Source of the DNA: a virus
Taxonomy: Duplodnaviria; Caudoviricetes
Reading direction: 5' to 3' (one strand)
IMG/VR virus record: IMGVR_UViG_2767802109_000003
Coordinates: 15,691-79,690 of that record
DNA: 64,000 nucleotides
Shown: in pieces, positions 17,243 through 25,895 of the stretch
Numbering within the stretch: position 1 is the stretch's first letter
How the letters are laid out: each line of letters starts with the position of its first letter
Made by a program: the position numbers and the translations under genes
Notes under the pieces: generated by a model
Told to the model about the DNA's origin: nothing
What the model saw: the letters and a program-made list of their open reading frames with translations, nothing else
Database searches by the model: none

Positions 17243-17335
17243 CACCCCCCAGCCCTGGCCGACCGATCACGGGTCTACCGCCTCGAAGCAGGCCAGGGCG
17301 CTCCGCACCACCCAACTCCAACGAGAGGAAGATCC

Positions 17336-17536
17336 ATGAGTTTCAAGAAGGGCGACCTGGTGGTCGTGGTCGCTGCGGGCCCGGAGAACGCGGGCACGGT
17401 CGGCAAGACCGGCATCGTCGTCGACGGCGGGGCCCTGTCCGGTGGCGACGTGTCCGTCAAGGGGATCGACCACCGCGTCGTCGAGGCGATCAAGGGCTAC
17501 CGGTCGTACATGCCCAACCAGCTGCGGAAGGCGTGA
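17336..17536 (+). CDS. Small SH3/KOW-like protein
   Basis: FKKGDLVVVV..GKTGIVV; GAGGAAG RBS. Confidence 0.65.
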   Translation: MSFKKGDLVVVVAAGPENAGTVGKTGIVVDGGALSGGDVSVKGIDHRVVEAIKGYRSYMPNQLRKA

Positions 17537-17727
17537 CCGCCGTGCACGCCGGGAGCGCAGACGAGCTGCGCGAGAAGGAGCGCCGGTCGCAGGAGATCGG
17601 CCGGAAGATCGCCGACCTGCTCAACGAGGCAGCCGCCATCGCCCCCGGGGCCGTGTCGGCGAACGTGACCGGGCTCGGCTGGCGGATTCGCGGCGCAGGC
17701 GGCGGCTTCCGCGCCGACACGAGGTGA
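17533..17727 (+). CDS. Small hypothetical protein
   Basis: GTGA coupling. Confidence 0.55.
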   Translation: MTAVHAGSADELREKERRSQEIGRKIADLLNEAAAIAPGAVSANVTGLGWRIRGAGGGFRADTR

Positions 17728-17732
17728 CCGCC

Positions 17733-17930
17733 GTGCCGATCACGTTCCGCAAGAGCTTCCGGATCCTGCCCGGCGTCCGCATCAACATCAACCGCCGGTC
17801 CTGGTCGATCACCGTCGGGCCGAAGGGCGGACCGAAGCGCACCTGGTCCAGCACCGGACAGACCACCACCAGCTACGACCTCCCCGGACCCTTCGGCTAC
17901 CGCACCACCCGCCGCCGCAACCCCCGCTGA
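17733..17930 (+). CDS. DUF4236-domain protein
   Basis: ITFRKSFRILPGVRININRRSWSITVG signature. Confidence 0.8.
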   Translation: MPITFRKSFRILPGVRININRRSWSITVGPKGGPKRTWSSTGQTTTSYDLPGPFGYRTTRRRNPR

Positions 17931-17944
17931 TCGAAAGGAACGCC

Positions 17945-18073
17945 ATGCCCACGAAGGACAAGTGCTGGGTCTGCGGACGACCCGGAGCCGAACCGGAGCG
18001 GACGCTCCTCGGCTTCAAGAAGCCCGTATGCCCGCCCGGCAAGGGCTGCTCCAGCAACCAGACAAAGCGCTAA
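17945..18073 (+). CDS. Tiny zinc-finger-like protein (42 aa)
   Basis: AAGGA RBS; CWVC..VCPPGKGC. Confidence 0.5.
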   Translation: MPTKDKCWVCGRPGAEPERTLLGFKKPVCPPGKGCSSNQTKR

Positions 18074-18106
18074 CACCCACCTCAACTCAGAAGGGACCAC
18101 GTAGTC

Positions 18107-19513
18107 ATGACTGCCAGCCCGCCGAAGGTAAACGGCCACGCCCGGCCGCCGGCCGTGCCGGCCCTGCAAGTACTGGGGGACTGGCAGCCCGTCGCGCCCG
18201 AGACCAAGCCCACCGCCGACAGTGCTAACCCACCCGTCGCTGAGCCGTCCACCACGCCCGGCCCCGACAGCGACCTGGTCGAGCAGGCCAAGGCCGAAGC
18301 GATCCGGGCGCAGGCGTGGGCCGAGTCCGAGGAGCGCCGCCTCGCCGCCGAAGTCGAGAAGGAAGCCGCGCTCAAGCGGGCCGCCGCCGAAGCCGAAGCG
18401 ATCCGGATCAAGGCCGAGGAAGACGCCCGGAAGCAGCGCCTCGCCAATGACCGTGCCGAACGCAAGGCCGCTGAGGAGCAGGCGGCATCCCAGGCGCGGA
18501 TCGCCGAGCACAACCGGCGCCGCGACGAAGCCGACCGGGCCCGGGAGCGTGCCGCCCGGGAGGATGCCGAGCAGCAGCAGTCGGAAACCGAGAAGGCCGA
18601 GGTTGTCGCCAAGTCCAGCAAGCGGTGGCGCCGCGTCGCCCTCGGCTTCTACGCCCTGTGCGCCGCAGTCGCCCTGCCCGTGCAGATGGCCGCCTTCTGG
18701 GACCCGAACGCCAAGTACCTCCTCGTCGCCCCGATCTTCATCGAAGTGATCGCCCTCGTCGCTCTCGTCGGCGCCGCCGCAGCGGTGACCGACGGGCGCC
18801 CGCAGTGGCACTACCGGCTCGTCGCCTGGGCCGGCGCCCTCACCGCCGCCACCATCAACGCCGTACACGGGCTGGGTGCGTTCGATGCCGCCACCGCATT
18901 CGGCACCGCCCTCGCCTCCGTCGCAGGGCCCGGCATGTGGGACCTCCACGAGCACGGCCGGATCCGCAAGCGCGACGGCAAGCCGACCTGGCGCGAGCAC
19001 CGCGCCGCAGCGAAGGCAGCTAAGCGGGCCGCCGCCGAGAAGGCCGCGGAGGAAGAGAAGCGGGCCGCCGAGAAAGAGGCCGCCGACGAGGCCGCCCAGG
19101 AGGCCGCGAAGCAGCTCGCGGAGCTGCGCCAGGCCGAGTTCGAAGACGTGTGGAAGCACGCCCGGAAGCTGGCCGCGGCACTCGGCGAAACGACCGTCAC
19201 CGAGGCCGTGTGGCGACGTGCGCACAAGGACATCCGCGGCGCCGACCCGGGCGAGGACGCGGAGACGATCCGGGCCCGCAACGCCGCCGAAGCAAGGGTC
19301 GAAGCGGCCCGCCAGAAGCGCTCCGTGAACACCCTCAGCAAGACCACGAACGCACAGCGTGCGATCCAAATGAACGGCTCCCCGCGCCGCTCCTCGTACA
19401 AGCCGGTTCCGCCGCGTCGGACACCCGGCGACACGCCCTCGTACCACCCGCTTGCCCGCCGTGCGAACGGTGAGACGAAGCGCCGCTCGAACGCCGCCAA
19501 GAACGCCGACTAA
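18107..19513 (+). CDS. Spd-like (DUF2637-type) plasmid-spread membrane protein
   Basis: Coiled coil, four TM helices, second coiled coil; two genes upstream of TraB. Confidence 0.75.
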   Translation: MTASPPKVNGHARPPAVPALQVLGDWQPVAPETKPTADSANPPVAEPSTTPGPDSDLVEQAKAEAIRAQAWAESEERRLAAEVEKEAALKRAAAEAEAIRIKAEEDARKQRLANDRAERKAAEEQAASQARIAEHNRRRDEADRARERAAREDAEQQQSETEKAEVVAKSSKRWRRVALGFYALCAAVALPVQMAAFWDPNAKYLLVAPIFIEVIALVALVGAAAAVTDGRPQWHYRLVAWAGALTAATINAVHGLGAFDAATAFGTALASVAGPGMWDLHEHGRIRKRDGKPTWREHRAAAKAAKRAAAEKAAEEEKRAAEKEAADEAAQEAAKQLAELRQAEFEDVWKHARKLAAALGETTVTEAVWRRAHKDIRGADPGEDAETIRARNAAEARVEAARQKRSVNTLSKTTNAQRAIQMNGSPRRSSYKPVPPRRTPGDTPSYHPLARRANGETKRRSNAAKNAD

Positions 19514-19537
19514 CCCATCCCTTGGAGTGATCAGATT

Positions 19538-20128
19538 ATGAACGTCACCCTTCGTCGTATCGCCGTGTCGGGCAGTGCCGCGGTCGCCGTCCTCGGCGGT
19601 GCCGCCACCATCACCCTGGCCGCCCCCTCGCCGGCTTCCGCCGCCGTCTCCGAGCACGTCGTCGAGCGGGCCGTCACCGCCCCCGTCACGCTGCCCGACG
19701 GGCGCACGATCCGGATCACCGGCATGGGCGGCTACGGCCACCACGCCACCGACAAGCACATCGCCGTCGTCGCCGGATTCAAGGCCGACACCGAGCCCGG
19801 CAGCAGCGACGGCATCACCAACGGCCTCACCCCCGACGGCGGCACCGGCGCGCAGCTGACCAACCCGCAGCAGCAGGCCCCGGCCGGCACGCAGCAGCAG
19901 TACCAGACCCAGGCGGGCGGGGGCACGATCGGCGTCACGGTCGCTGTCGGCGTCGGACTGCTGATCGGCGTGATCGTCATGCTCAAGCGGGGCTCAATGA
20001 AGTTCGTCCAGGCCGCCGCGTGCATCGCCCTCGGCGTGTACCTCGCCCCCACGTTCGTCGGCCCGCTCGTCCAGCAGCTCGGCGGATCCGTCGGCGTCGG
20101 TCTCGGCAACGTCTGGTCCGGCTTCTAG
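19538..20128 (+). CDS. Membrane protein with signal peptide; C-terminus resembles small TraB-associated AICE membrane proteins
   Basis: Signal peptide ending ASA; C-term hydrophobic-LKRGSMKFVQAAACIALGVYLAPT. Confidence 0.7.
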   Translation: MNVTLRRIAVSGSAAVAVLGGAATITLAAPSPASAAVSEHVVERAVTAPVTLPDGRTIRITGMGGYGHHATDKHIAVVAGFKADTEPGSSDGITNGLTPDGGTGAQLTNPQQQAPAGTQQQYQTQAGGGTIGVTVAVGVGLLIGVIVMLKRGSMKFVQAAACIALGVYLAPTFVGPLVQQLGGSVGVGLGNVWSGF

Positions 20129-20190
20129 GCCACACCCAACCCGCGGGGCCCCAACCGGGGCCACGCCCCGCCCCAGAAAGGACTGGCCCT

Positions 20191-22386
20191 GTGGCCACCG
20201 AGACCGAGCCCGTCGAGCAGCAGATCCCGCCCATGCCGTCCGAGCCGCCCACCATCCCCCGCAAGGAGCGGATCAAGGCCGCGTTCGCCGTACAGCGCGC
20301 CCACGCCTCCGCCCGCACCAAGGACTGGCTCGCAGGCGGCGACCTCGACCACGTCGACATCATCCAAGCCGCCACCGAGCGGAAGAACCGCAAGCACGCC
20401 GAGAAGGTCGCCAACCAGCAGCGGATCGTCGCCGAAGCCCACGGCCGCCTCCACCACGCCAAGATGCAGGCCGAGAACGGGGAGACGGTCAGCGCCGCCA
20501 CCCTGTCCAGCCTCGGAGGGCGCGCCGCCGCCGAAGAAGCCAAGCTGTCCGCGCTGCAGGCCACCATCGTGCTGCCGCCCACCGACCGCGAAATCAACAA
20601 CGTGCGCAGCGGCAAGAAGGCCGGGCGCGCTGCGATCCTCGCCGGAGGCGGACTCGCCGCGGCGCCCGTTCTCGGCGCCACCATCGAGCAGGCCGCCACC
20701 GGTCAGCCCATGCTCCTCGCCGCCCTCGGCACCGCCGCCGGCTACGGCTGGTATCTCGTGTCCCGCCCTTTCGTCGCCGGCCAGCCTGCACCTGCCCCGA
20801 CCATGGGGGAGCAGCCGCTGGCCTCCGCGGTGGTCAACCTGGCGAAGGACGGGCTGCAGCCGGGGCAGCGTGAGTTCAACGCCCCGCCCCCGCCCGCTCT
20901 CACCGTCGAACAGTTGGAGGACGCCCTCCGTGCAATCGGCGAGATCCGTGGCGAGGAGAAGATCCAGATCCTGGCTGTGCCGCAGAGGGAGAAGGACGGC
21001 AACACCACCGTCGTGTTCGACCTGCCGCCGCGGACGACCGTCGCCGAACTGAAGAAGAAGCTGCCCAAGCTCGCCGGGGCTCTCGGCCGGGACGTGTCCA
21101 TGGTCGACGTGACCAAGGCCGGCACCGAGGCCCGCGCCTCCCTGTGGCTGACCGACCAGGACGCGTTCGAGAACACCCGGCCGTCGCCGCTCATCAAGGC
21201 CCCGACCCAGCTGGATGCGTGGAAGGACGGGGTGCCGGTCGCCTGGAACAAGCGGGGCGCCACCATCCGTCTCGCGATCAACAACCAGTCCTACGTCATC
21301 GCCGGCATGACCCGCTCCGGCAAGGGCGTCGGCGCGTCCAACCTGGTCGTCGGCACCAGCTTCGACCCGCGGATCAACCTGCGGATCGTGGCAGGGAAGA
21401 ACAACGGCGAGTGGGACCCCTACGCCAAGACGGGCGTCGCCTCCACCTACTTCAAGCCCAACCCCGAACGGCTCCTGGCCTTGCTGCGGGCGCTGCTCGC
21501 CGACAAGGACCGGCGGGAGCGGGACCTGGGCGTACTGGGGAAGTCCAAGCTGGTCGGCCCGGTCATCGAACAGATCGGCGGCATAGAGCTGCTGGTCATC
21601 GACGAACTGGCCACCTACACCCGCCCCGGGAAGCCCCTGCGGGACGAGATCCTGGAAGCGCTGATCGAGCTGTCCGCCGTTGCGGCGGGCGCCGGAATCC
21701 TCATGGTGCTGATCACTCAGTACCCGGAGGCCGATGTCATCCCGCAGGCCCTCGCCATGAACTGCGGCGCCCGGTGGGCGATGCGCGTCGAGAACGCCAC
21801 CCAGTCCAACGCGATCCTCGGCGGCGGCCAGGCCAGCGCCGGGAGGGACGCGTCCAAGTTCGATCCGCCGCGGCCCGGCTTCGGCTGGCTCGTCAACCCG
21901 TTTGCCGGCGTCACCGACCTTGCCCGCTCTTTCGACCTGGACGAGGACGAGCGCGGCGAGATCACGATGCTACTGGAGAAGGCCGCGAAGATCCGCGAGG
22001 GTGCGGGGCGTCTGGCCGGGCAGTGGGACGACCCCATCGAGAAGCATCTCCTCAACGCCACCGGCCTGTCCTCCACGGCCGGCGGACCTAAGCGGGACGG
22101 CGTGCCGGGGCGGAACGTCCTGCAGTTGACGCCCGAGCAGCGTATGCAGATGGACGCCTGTCGGGGCTGCCTGATCGCCATGAACGACCTTGGCCGTGAC
22201 GTGGCTCAGTTGGACGAGATGGCCGAGCTGATCGGTGAGTCGATGACGCCTGACCGGTTGGGTGAACTGCTGCGCGCGGCGGGCGCCGGTTCGACCGTGA
22301 AGGTCGTCATCGAGGGCCGCGGCCGGGTGAACGGCTACCGCCGGGCGCCCATCGTCGACGCTCTCCAGTTCCTCGAAGGCGCCTAG
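20191..22386 (+). CDS. traB: TraB-type FtsK/SpoIIIE conjugal DNA translocase
   Basis: N-terminal TM pair, Walker A AGMTRSGKG, Walker B LLVIDE, LITQYP, C-terminal wHTH-like domain; AAAGGA RBS before GTG 20191. Confidence 0.88.
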   Translation: MATETEPVEQQIPPMPSEPPTIPRKERIKAAFAVQRAHASARTKDWLAGGDLDHVDIIQAATERKNRKHAEKVANQQRIVAEAHGRLHHAKMQAENGETVSAATLSSLGGRAAAEEAKLSALQATIVLPPTDREINNVRSGKKAGRAAILAGGGLAAAPVLGATIEQAATGQPMLLAALGTAAGYGWYLVSRPFVAGQPAPAPTMGEQPLASAVVNLAKDGLQPGQREFNAPPPPALTVEQLEDALRAIGEIRGEEKIQILAVPQREKDGNTTVVFDLPPRTTVAELKKKLPKLAGALGRDVSMVDVTKAGTEARASLWLTDQDAFENTRPSPLIKAPTQLDAWKDGVPVAWNKRGATIRLAINNQSYVIAGMTRSGKGVGASNLVVGTSFDPRINLRIVAGKNNGEWDPYAKTGVASTYFKPNPERLLALLRALLADKDRRERDLGVLGKSKLVGPVIEQIGGIELLVIDELATYTRPGKPLRDEILEALIELSAVAAGAGILMVLITQYPEADVIPQALAMNCGARWAMRVENATQSNAILGGGQASAGRDASKFDPPRPGFGWLVNPFAGVTDLARSFDLDEDERGEITMLLEKAAKIREGAGRLAGQWDDPIEKHLLNATGLSSTAGGPKRDGVPGRNVLQLTPEQRMQMDACRGCLIAMNDLGRDVAQLDEMAELIGESMTPDRLGELLRAAGAGSTVKVVIEGRGRVNGYRRAPIVDALQFLEGA

Positions 22387-22567
22387 ACATCCTCGGACAG
22401 TGGGGTAGTTCATCCCGTTTAGTCCGCTGGTCAGCGCACGGACGGAGGGTGGGCCCGACCTAGGGACGGCCCACCCCGTGTCCGGCACCAATCCGACCCC
22501 CATACCTGCACAAACAGTGCACCTGTCTGGGTGTAAACCACCACAAACCAGAAACGGAGACCATCCT
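22387..22567. other. Candidate clt (cis-acting locus of transfer)
   Basis: Noncoding region right after traB with four AAAC repeats, CGGAC repeats and GGGTGGGCC/GGCCCACCC inverted repeat. Confidence 0.35.
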
Positions 22568-22975
22568 ATGCCCAAGCAGTGGAGCGCCGGCCAGGCGAAG
22601 AAGTTCGCCCGCGAATTGAAGCTCGGACAGTCCTACTACGTCGTCTACGACATCAGCCGGCGGTGCGCCCCCTACGAGGACTCGCAGCTGTACGGGGAGT
22701 ACCGGTTCACGGACCGGCTGCCGTTCACCGGCAACCCGTGCACGGAGTCCGGGTACAGCGCGGTGACCCTGTGCCAGACCCGCGGCCCGGTCTACGACGC
22801 TCCGCCGCGCGGCATGCGGAACATCGCCGACCCGTCCCCTCAGGTTGCGGGCCCGCTGGGCTCCAACGACTACGAGGGGATCTTGGACGAGGACGAGTTG
22901 CGCGGCTTGGAGAAGCAGGCGGCTCAGGGCTCCAACCCGCGCACCCGGCGGCGGCTCGGCGGCTGGCGCGTCTGA
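22568..22975 (+). CDS. Hypothetical protein
   Basis: GGAG RBS, ATG 22568. Confidence 0.7.
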   Translation: MPKQWSAGQAKKFARELKLGQSYYVVYDISRRCAPYEDSQLYGEYRFTDRLPFTGNPCTESGYSAVTLCQTRGPVYDAPPRGMRNIADPSPQVAGPLGSNDYEGILDEDELRGLEKQAAQGSNPRTRRRLGGWRV

Positions 22976-23166
22976 TGATCACCGACCGGGAGTTGATCCG
23001 GGCGTTCGTGGCCGCACGCAGGCGCGGCGACACCGAGGCAGCCCGGGAAGCCGAGCGCATCGCCCGCCACCGGTTCATCGACGACCCACTGACCACCAAC
23101 GCCTACCAGGCAATCGTCGACATCCAAGCCGCAGTGCCGCCAGGAACCCCGCGGCAAGACACCTGA
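22975..23166 (+). CDS. Small helical protein (AARRRGD motif)
   Basis: TGATG coupling; resembles next gene. Confidence 0.6.
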   Translation: MITDRELIRAFVAARRRGDTEAAREAERIARHRFIDDPLTTNAYQAIVDIQAAVPPGTPRQDT

Positions 23167-23186
23167 CCCAACCGAAGGAGATCACC

Positions 23187-23369
23187 GTGCAGTACACGCA
23201 CCAGTCCGTGAAGGACTACATCGCGGCGAAGAAGCGCGGCGACCGTGCCACCACCGACCGGATCATCCGCGAGGTCACGGCCCGCTTCGACACCCGCACC
23301 ACCGACGGCAGCGAGGCCGCCGAACTCCTCGACGCCACCATGACCGTCCGCTTCGGCGAGGGGGAGTGA
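23187..23369 (+). CDS. Small helical protein (AAKKRGD motif)
   Basis: AAGGAG RBS, GTG 23187. Confidence 0.7.
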   Translation: MQYTHQSVKDYIAAKKRGDRATTDRIIREVTARFDTRTTDGSEAAELLDATMTVRFGEGE

Positions 23370-23560
23370 CTGCGATGCCGACCCGTGAAGCCCTGCTCGA
23401 CGCCGCCGCTTCGGCGATGAGGCGAGGCCTGGAGTTGAACGCTCTGGGCGCTGACCCTTCACACCCGGACTACGCGAAGGTCATGCCCGCGCAGCATGCG
23501 GCAGCCGCAGCCGGTATCAGCCCGGCCGAAATCTGGCAGGCGGCCACCCAGCCGAAGTAG
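23366..23560 (+). CDS. Small hypothetical protein
   Basis: GTGA coupling. Confidence 0.55.
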   Translation: MTAMPTREALLDAAASAMRRGLELNALGADPSHPDYAKVMPAQHAAAAAGISPAEIWQAATQPK

Positions 23561-23566
23561 CTCCGC

Positions 23567-23611
23567 CCGGGGCGCCCCTCGAATGCCTGGCAGCGACCAG
23601 GGGCGCCCCGG
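23567..23611. repeat. Perfect 13-bp intergenic hairpin
   Basis: CCGGGGCGCCCCT / AGGGGCGCCCCGG. Confidence 0.7.
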
Positions 23612-23651
23612 TCCCCACGCCCACCCGAAGATCGACGAGGAGAACCCCATC

Positions 23652-24155
23652 ATGCCCACGCTCGCCCACGCGCCCGCAAGTCCGCAGGCGCCGCCCGTCC
23701 TCGACCTGGACGCCCGACTTGCCCTGGTCGACGCCGCAATGACGGTCCGCCTGGCCGAGGCCGCGGTCGCGTTCGAGGTGAATACGGCGCACCTGCCCGG
23801 CGCCGACCCGATCCCGCACATCGCCGAGACGCCCCTGCCCGCACCGTCCCCGTACCGGACTCCGCTGGCCGACCTGCTGCACCGGGCCCGGCTGCGGATC
23901 GAGGCCGACGGCTGGTGCCGCGACGCGGTGTTCGACGAGTCGGGCGCCGTCTGCCCGATCCGGGCGATCCGGCTCGAAGCCCGCGGTGACCGGGGCCTCG
24001 CCCACGACGCCTGCGTCGCCCTCCTCGACGCCATCCAGCGGCAGTTCGCCGGCGCCGAGACGATCCCCAGCTGGAACGCCCAGCAGACCAGCGGCGGGCC
24101 CGTCCTCGCAGCATTCGACTGTGCCGCCAGCCGCGCCCACGCCCGCAACCAGTAG
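23652..24155 (+). CDS. DUF6197-like protein
   Basis: LHRARLRIEADGWCR..GAVCPIRAIR..IPSWN..VLAAFD. Confidence 0.7.
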   Translation: MPTLAHAPASPQAPPVLDLDARLALVDAAMTVRLAEAAVAFEVNTAHLPGADPIPHIAETPLPAPSPYRTPLADLLHRARLRIEADGWCRDAVFDESGAVCPIRAIRLEARGDRGLAHDACVALLDAIQRQFAGAETIPSWNAQQTSGGPVLAAFDCAASRAHARNQ

Positions 24156-24165
24156 GAGAGACCCC

Positions 24166-24363
24166 ATGTCGAAGCCCACCCCGGAACAGATCCAGGAAGC
24201 AGGCCGCCAGTTGCAGCGCGGTGGATTCCTCGGCCGCGGCAGCCAGAAGAAGGCCGACCAGGTCATCGAGGAAGCCGTCGCCGCCGGCATGGACCGTCAG
24301 GCCGTCGCCATGGCCATCCTTGGCGCCGCCGCCGACTACGAGCCCCGACGCTGGGCCAGGTAG
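24166..24363 (+). CDS. Small hypothetical protein, last gene of transfer operon
   Basis: AGGAG RBS, ATG 24166. Confidence 0.7.
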   Translation: MSKPTPEQIQEAGRQLQRGGFLGRGSQKKADQVIEEAVAAGMDRQAVAMAILGAAADYEPRRWAR

Positions 24364-24377
24364 TAGACGCAGTCTGA

Positions 24378-24569
24378 TCAGCCCGACACGGCAGGGCCCC
24401 GACCGTCCGCGGCCGGGGCCTTCGCCGTGGGTACGGCTCGCGCCATCCACCGGCCGTCGGTCATATATCGGGGCATCATCACCGGCTGGAACCCGGCGTC
24501 GACCAGCCTGGCCAGGCCCTCGACGCACTCGTCCTCGTCGTCGGCCTGGACGCTCACCCGGATCGCCAT
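24378..24569 (-). CDS. Small hypothetical protein
   Basis: MAIRVSVQADDEDEC..GRWMARAV; overlaps hairpin at its 3' end. Confidence 0.55.
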   Translation of the reverse strand: MAIRVSVQADDEDECVEGLARLVDAGFQPVMMPRYMTDGRWMARAVPTAKAPAADGRGPAVSG

Positions 24570-24704
24570 ACCGGCAGTCTGCCGCGTCCGTCACCCCGGT
24601 GACGGCGGATCCGCCGATTCGGGTCACGGAACAGCGACTCCACCTTCACGCCGCCTCCACAAGCGGCCATCATGCATCCACGCACCAAGTTCCTGGGGGG
24701 AACC

Positions 24705-25259
24705 ATGAGCCAGCCCACACCACCCATGCCCGACTTCCCGCCCCCGCCGGCGCCGAAGAAGTCCCGCACCAACGCGATCATCATCGGGGTCGCCGTCGCC
24801 ATCATCGCCGCGATCATCGGAACCGGTGTCGTCGTCGTGCAGAATCAAAACGACGACAGCAAGCCGGCTGCCACCGCCGAGACGAGTCAGCCGACCGACG
24901 ATCTTGCCGCCCCGGCCGTCGAAGAGCCGGAAGACCCGGAGCCGACCTACCTCGCGCCAGACGCGGAGGACTTCACCGTCGAGCTGCGCACCACGCGGCG
25001 GAAGTGTTTCGGCTCTGCGGGCTGCAACGTGACTGTAGAGCCGAAGCTCGCCTACAACGGGCTCGCTGACGATTTGGACCCGGACGCCACCTTCGAGCTC
25101 ACCTATGAGATCCGCGGGGGCGGGGATGGGCCGGTAATTGAGACGGCCGAGTTGTCGGATCGGACGACGCTGAACTTCACACCGTCCCTGCTCACTGGTG
25201 TCCCATCGAGCGCAAAGCTGTCCGTAGAGATCACTGAGGTCGTGGAGCGCGCGTACTGA
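24705..25259 (+). CDS. Single-TM anchored extracellular protein
   Basis: Pro-rich N-term, KKSRT, TM helix, CFGSAGC beta-rich domain. Confidence 0.8.
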   Translation: MSQPTPPMPDFPPPPAPKKSRTNAIIIGVAVAIIAAIIGTGVVVVQNQNDDSKPAATAETSQPTDDLAAPAVEEPEDPEPTYLAPDAEDFTVELRTTRRKCFGSAGCNVTVEPKLAYNGLADDLDPDATFELTYEIRGGGDGPVIETAELSDRTTLNFTPSLLTGVPSSAKLSVEITEVVERAY

Positions 25260-25276
25260 CAGGCACGGCAGCAGTG

Positions 25277-25305
25277 AGGCCCCGCCCGGATCCCGGGCGG
25301 GGCCT
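25277..25305. terminator. Bidirectional terminator
   Basis: AGGCCCCGCCCGG-ATC-CCGGGCGGGGCCT between convergent genes. Confidence 0.75.
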
Positions 25306-25318
25306 TCGTCGTGTGCGG

Positions 25319-25450
25319 CTACCGGCGCCGCCGCCACGCCCGCCACAGCCGATATGCCCGGTAGGCGAGCAGCGGCACCACCACGGCGGCGACCACGACA
25401 CCCACCCACGGCGGTAGGGAGCCGGAGTCCGGCAGGTAGATCGCCGTCAC
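25319..25450 (-). CDS. Tiny single-TM protein (43 aa)
   Basis: WWVGVVVAAVVVPLLAY followed by RRRR. Confidence 0.45.
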   Translation of the reverse strand: MTAIYLPDSGSLPPWVGVVVAAVVVPLLAYRAYRLWRAWRRRR

Positions 25451-25468
25451 GGGCGTCGCCCCGCCAGT

Positions 25469-25765
25469 TCATGCATCCTGCGAATCCCCAGCCTGGGCCT
25501 TCTTGAGTCGTTCGGCGCGGTCGCGATATCGCTCGTCGGGTTCGATGCCCGCATCCCGGGCCATCTTGCGGACGTGCGCGCCGGTCCAGCCGGAGGCTTT
25601 GGCGACCTCGGTCGGCTTGAGGTGCCCTTCGCGGAGAGCGGCGAGGACGAGTTCGCGGAGGTCGTCGCTGGACTTCTTGAGGCGGTCGGCGTCGCGCTGT
25701 CGGCGGGCGCCGGCTGTGGCGATCTCTTCGAGGGTGGGTGGCTCGTCGGCGGGGGTCGGCGTCAT
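25469..25765 (-). CDS. Small HTH repressor-like protein, probably leaderless
   Basis: LKPTEVAKASGWTGAHVRKMAR; TAGATT 6 nt before ATG. Confidence 0.75.
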   Translation of the reverse strand: MTPTPADEPPTLEEIATAGARRQRDADRLKKSSDDLRELVLAALREGHLKPTEVAKASGWTGAHVRKMARDAGIEPDERYRDRAERLKKAQAGDSQDA

Positions 25766-25788
25766 GGCATCAATCTATCGCAAGGGAC

Positions 25789-25822
25789 TTGCGGTGCCTA
25801 TGCCTCATGGGTACTGTCTGAG
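25789..25822 (+). promoter_or_regulatory. Sigma70-type promoter with CCTCA..TGAGG operator-like arms
   Basis: TTGCGG-N17-TACTGT; divergent from HTH gene. Confidence 0.55.
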
Positions 25823-25895
25823 GTGTCTCCAGCGCAACACATGATCGCTAGTGAGTTGCCAGACCTGATCCGTAAGTCGCACCAAGGGGGACCAG

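Noticed and set aside
19000-19130. KAAE/EEKRAAE repeats in the Spd-like gene
   Set aside because: Ordinary coiled-coil coding repeats
9559-25305. Transfer module as an independent complete AICE
   Set aside because: No RepSA/RepAM, no dedicated integrase and no flanking att repeats found by eye; not fully excluded
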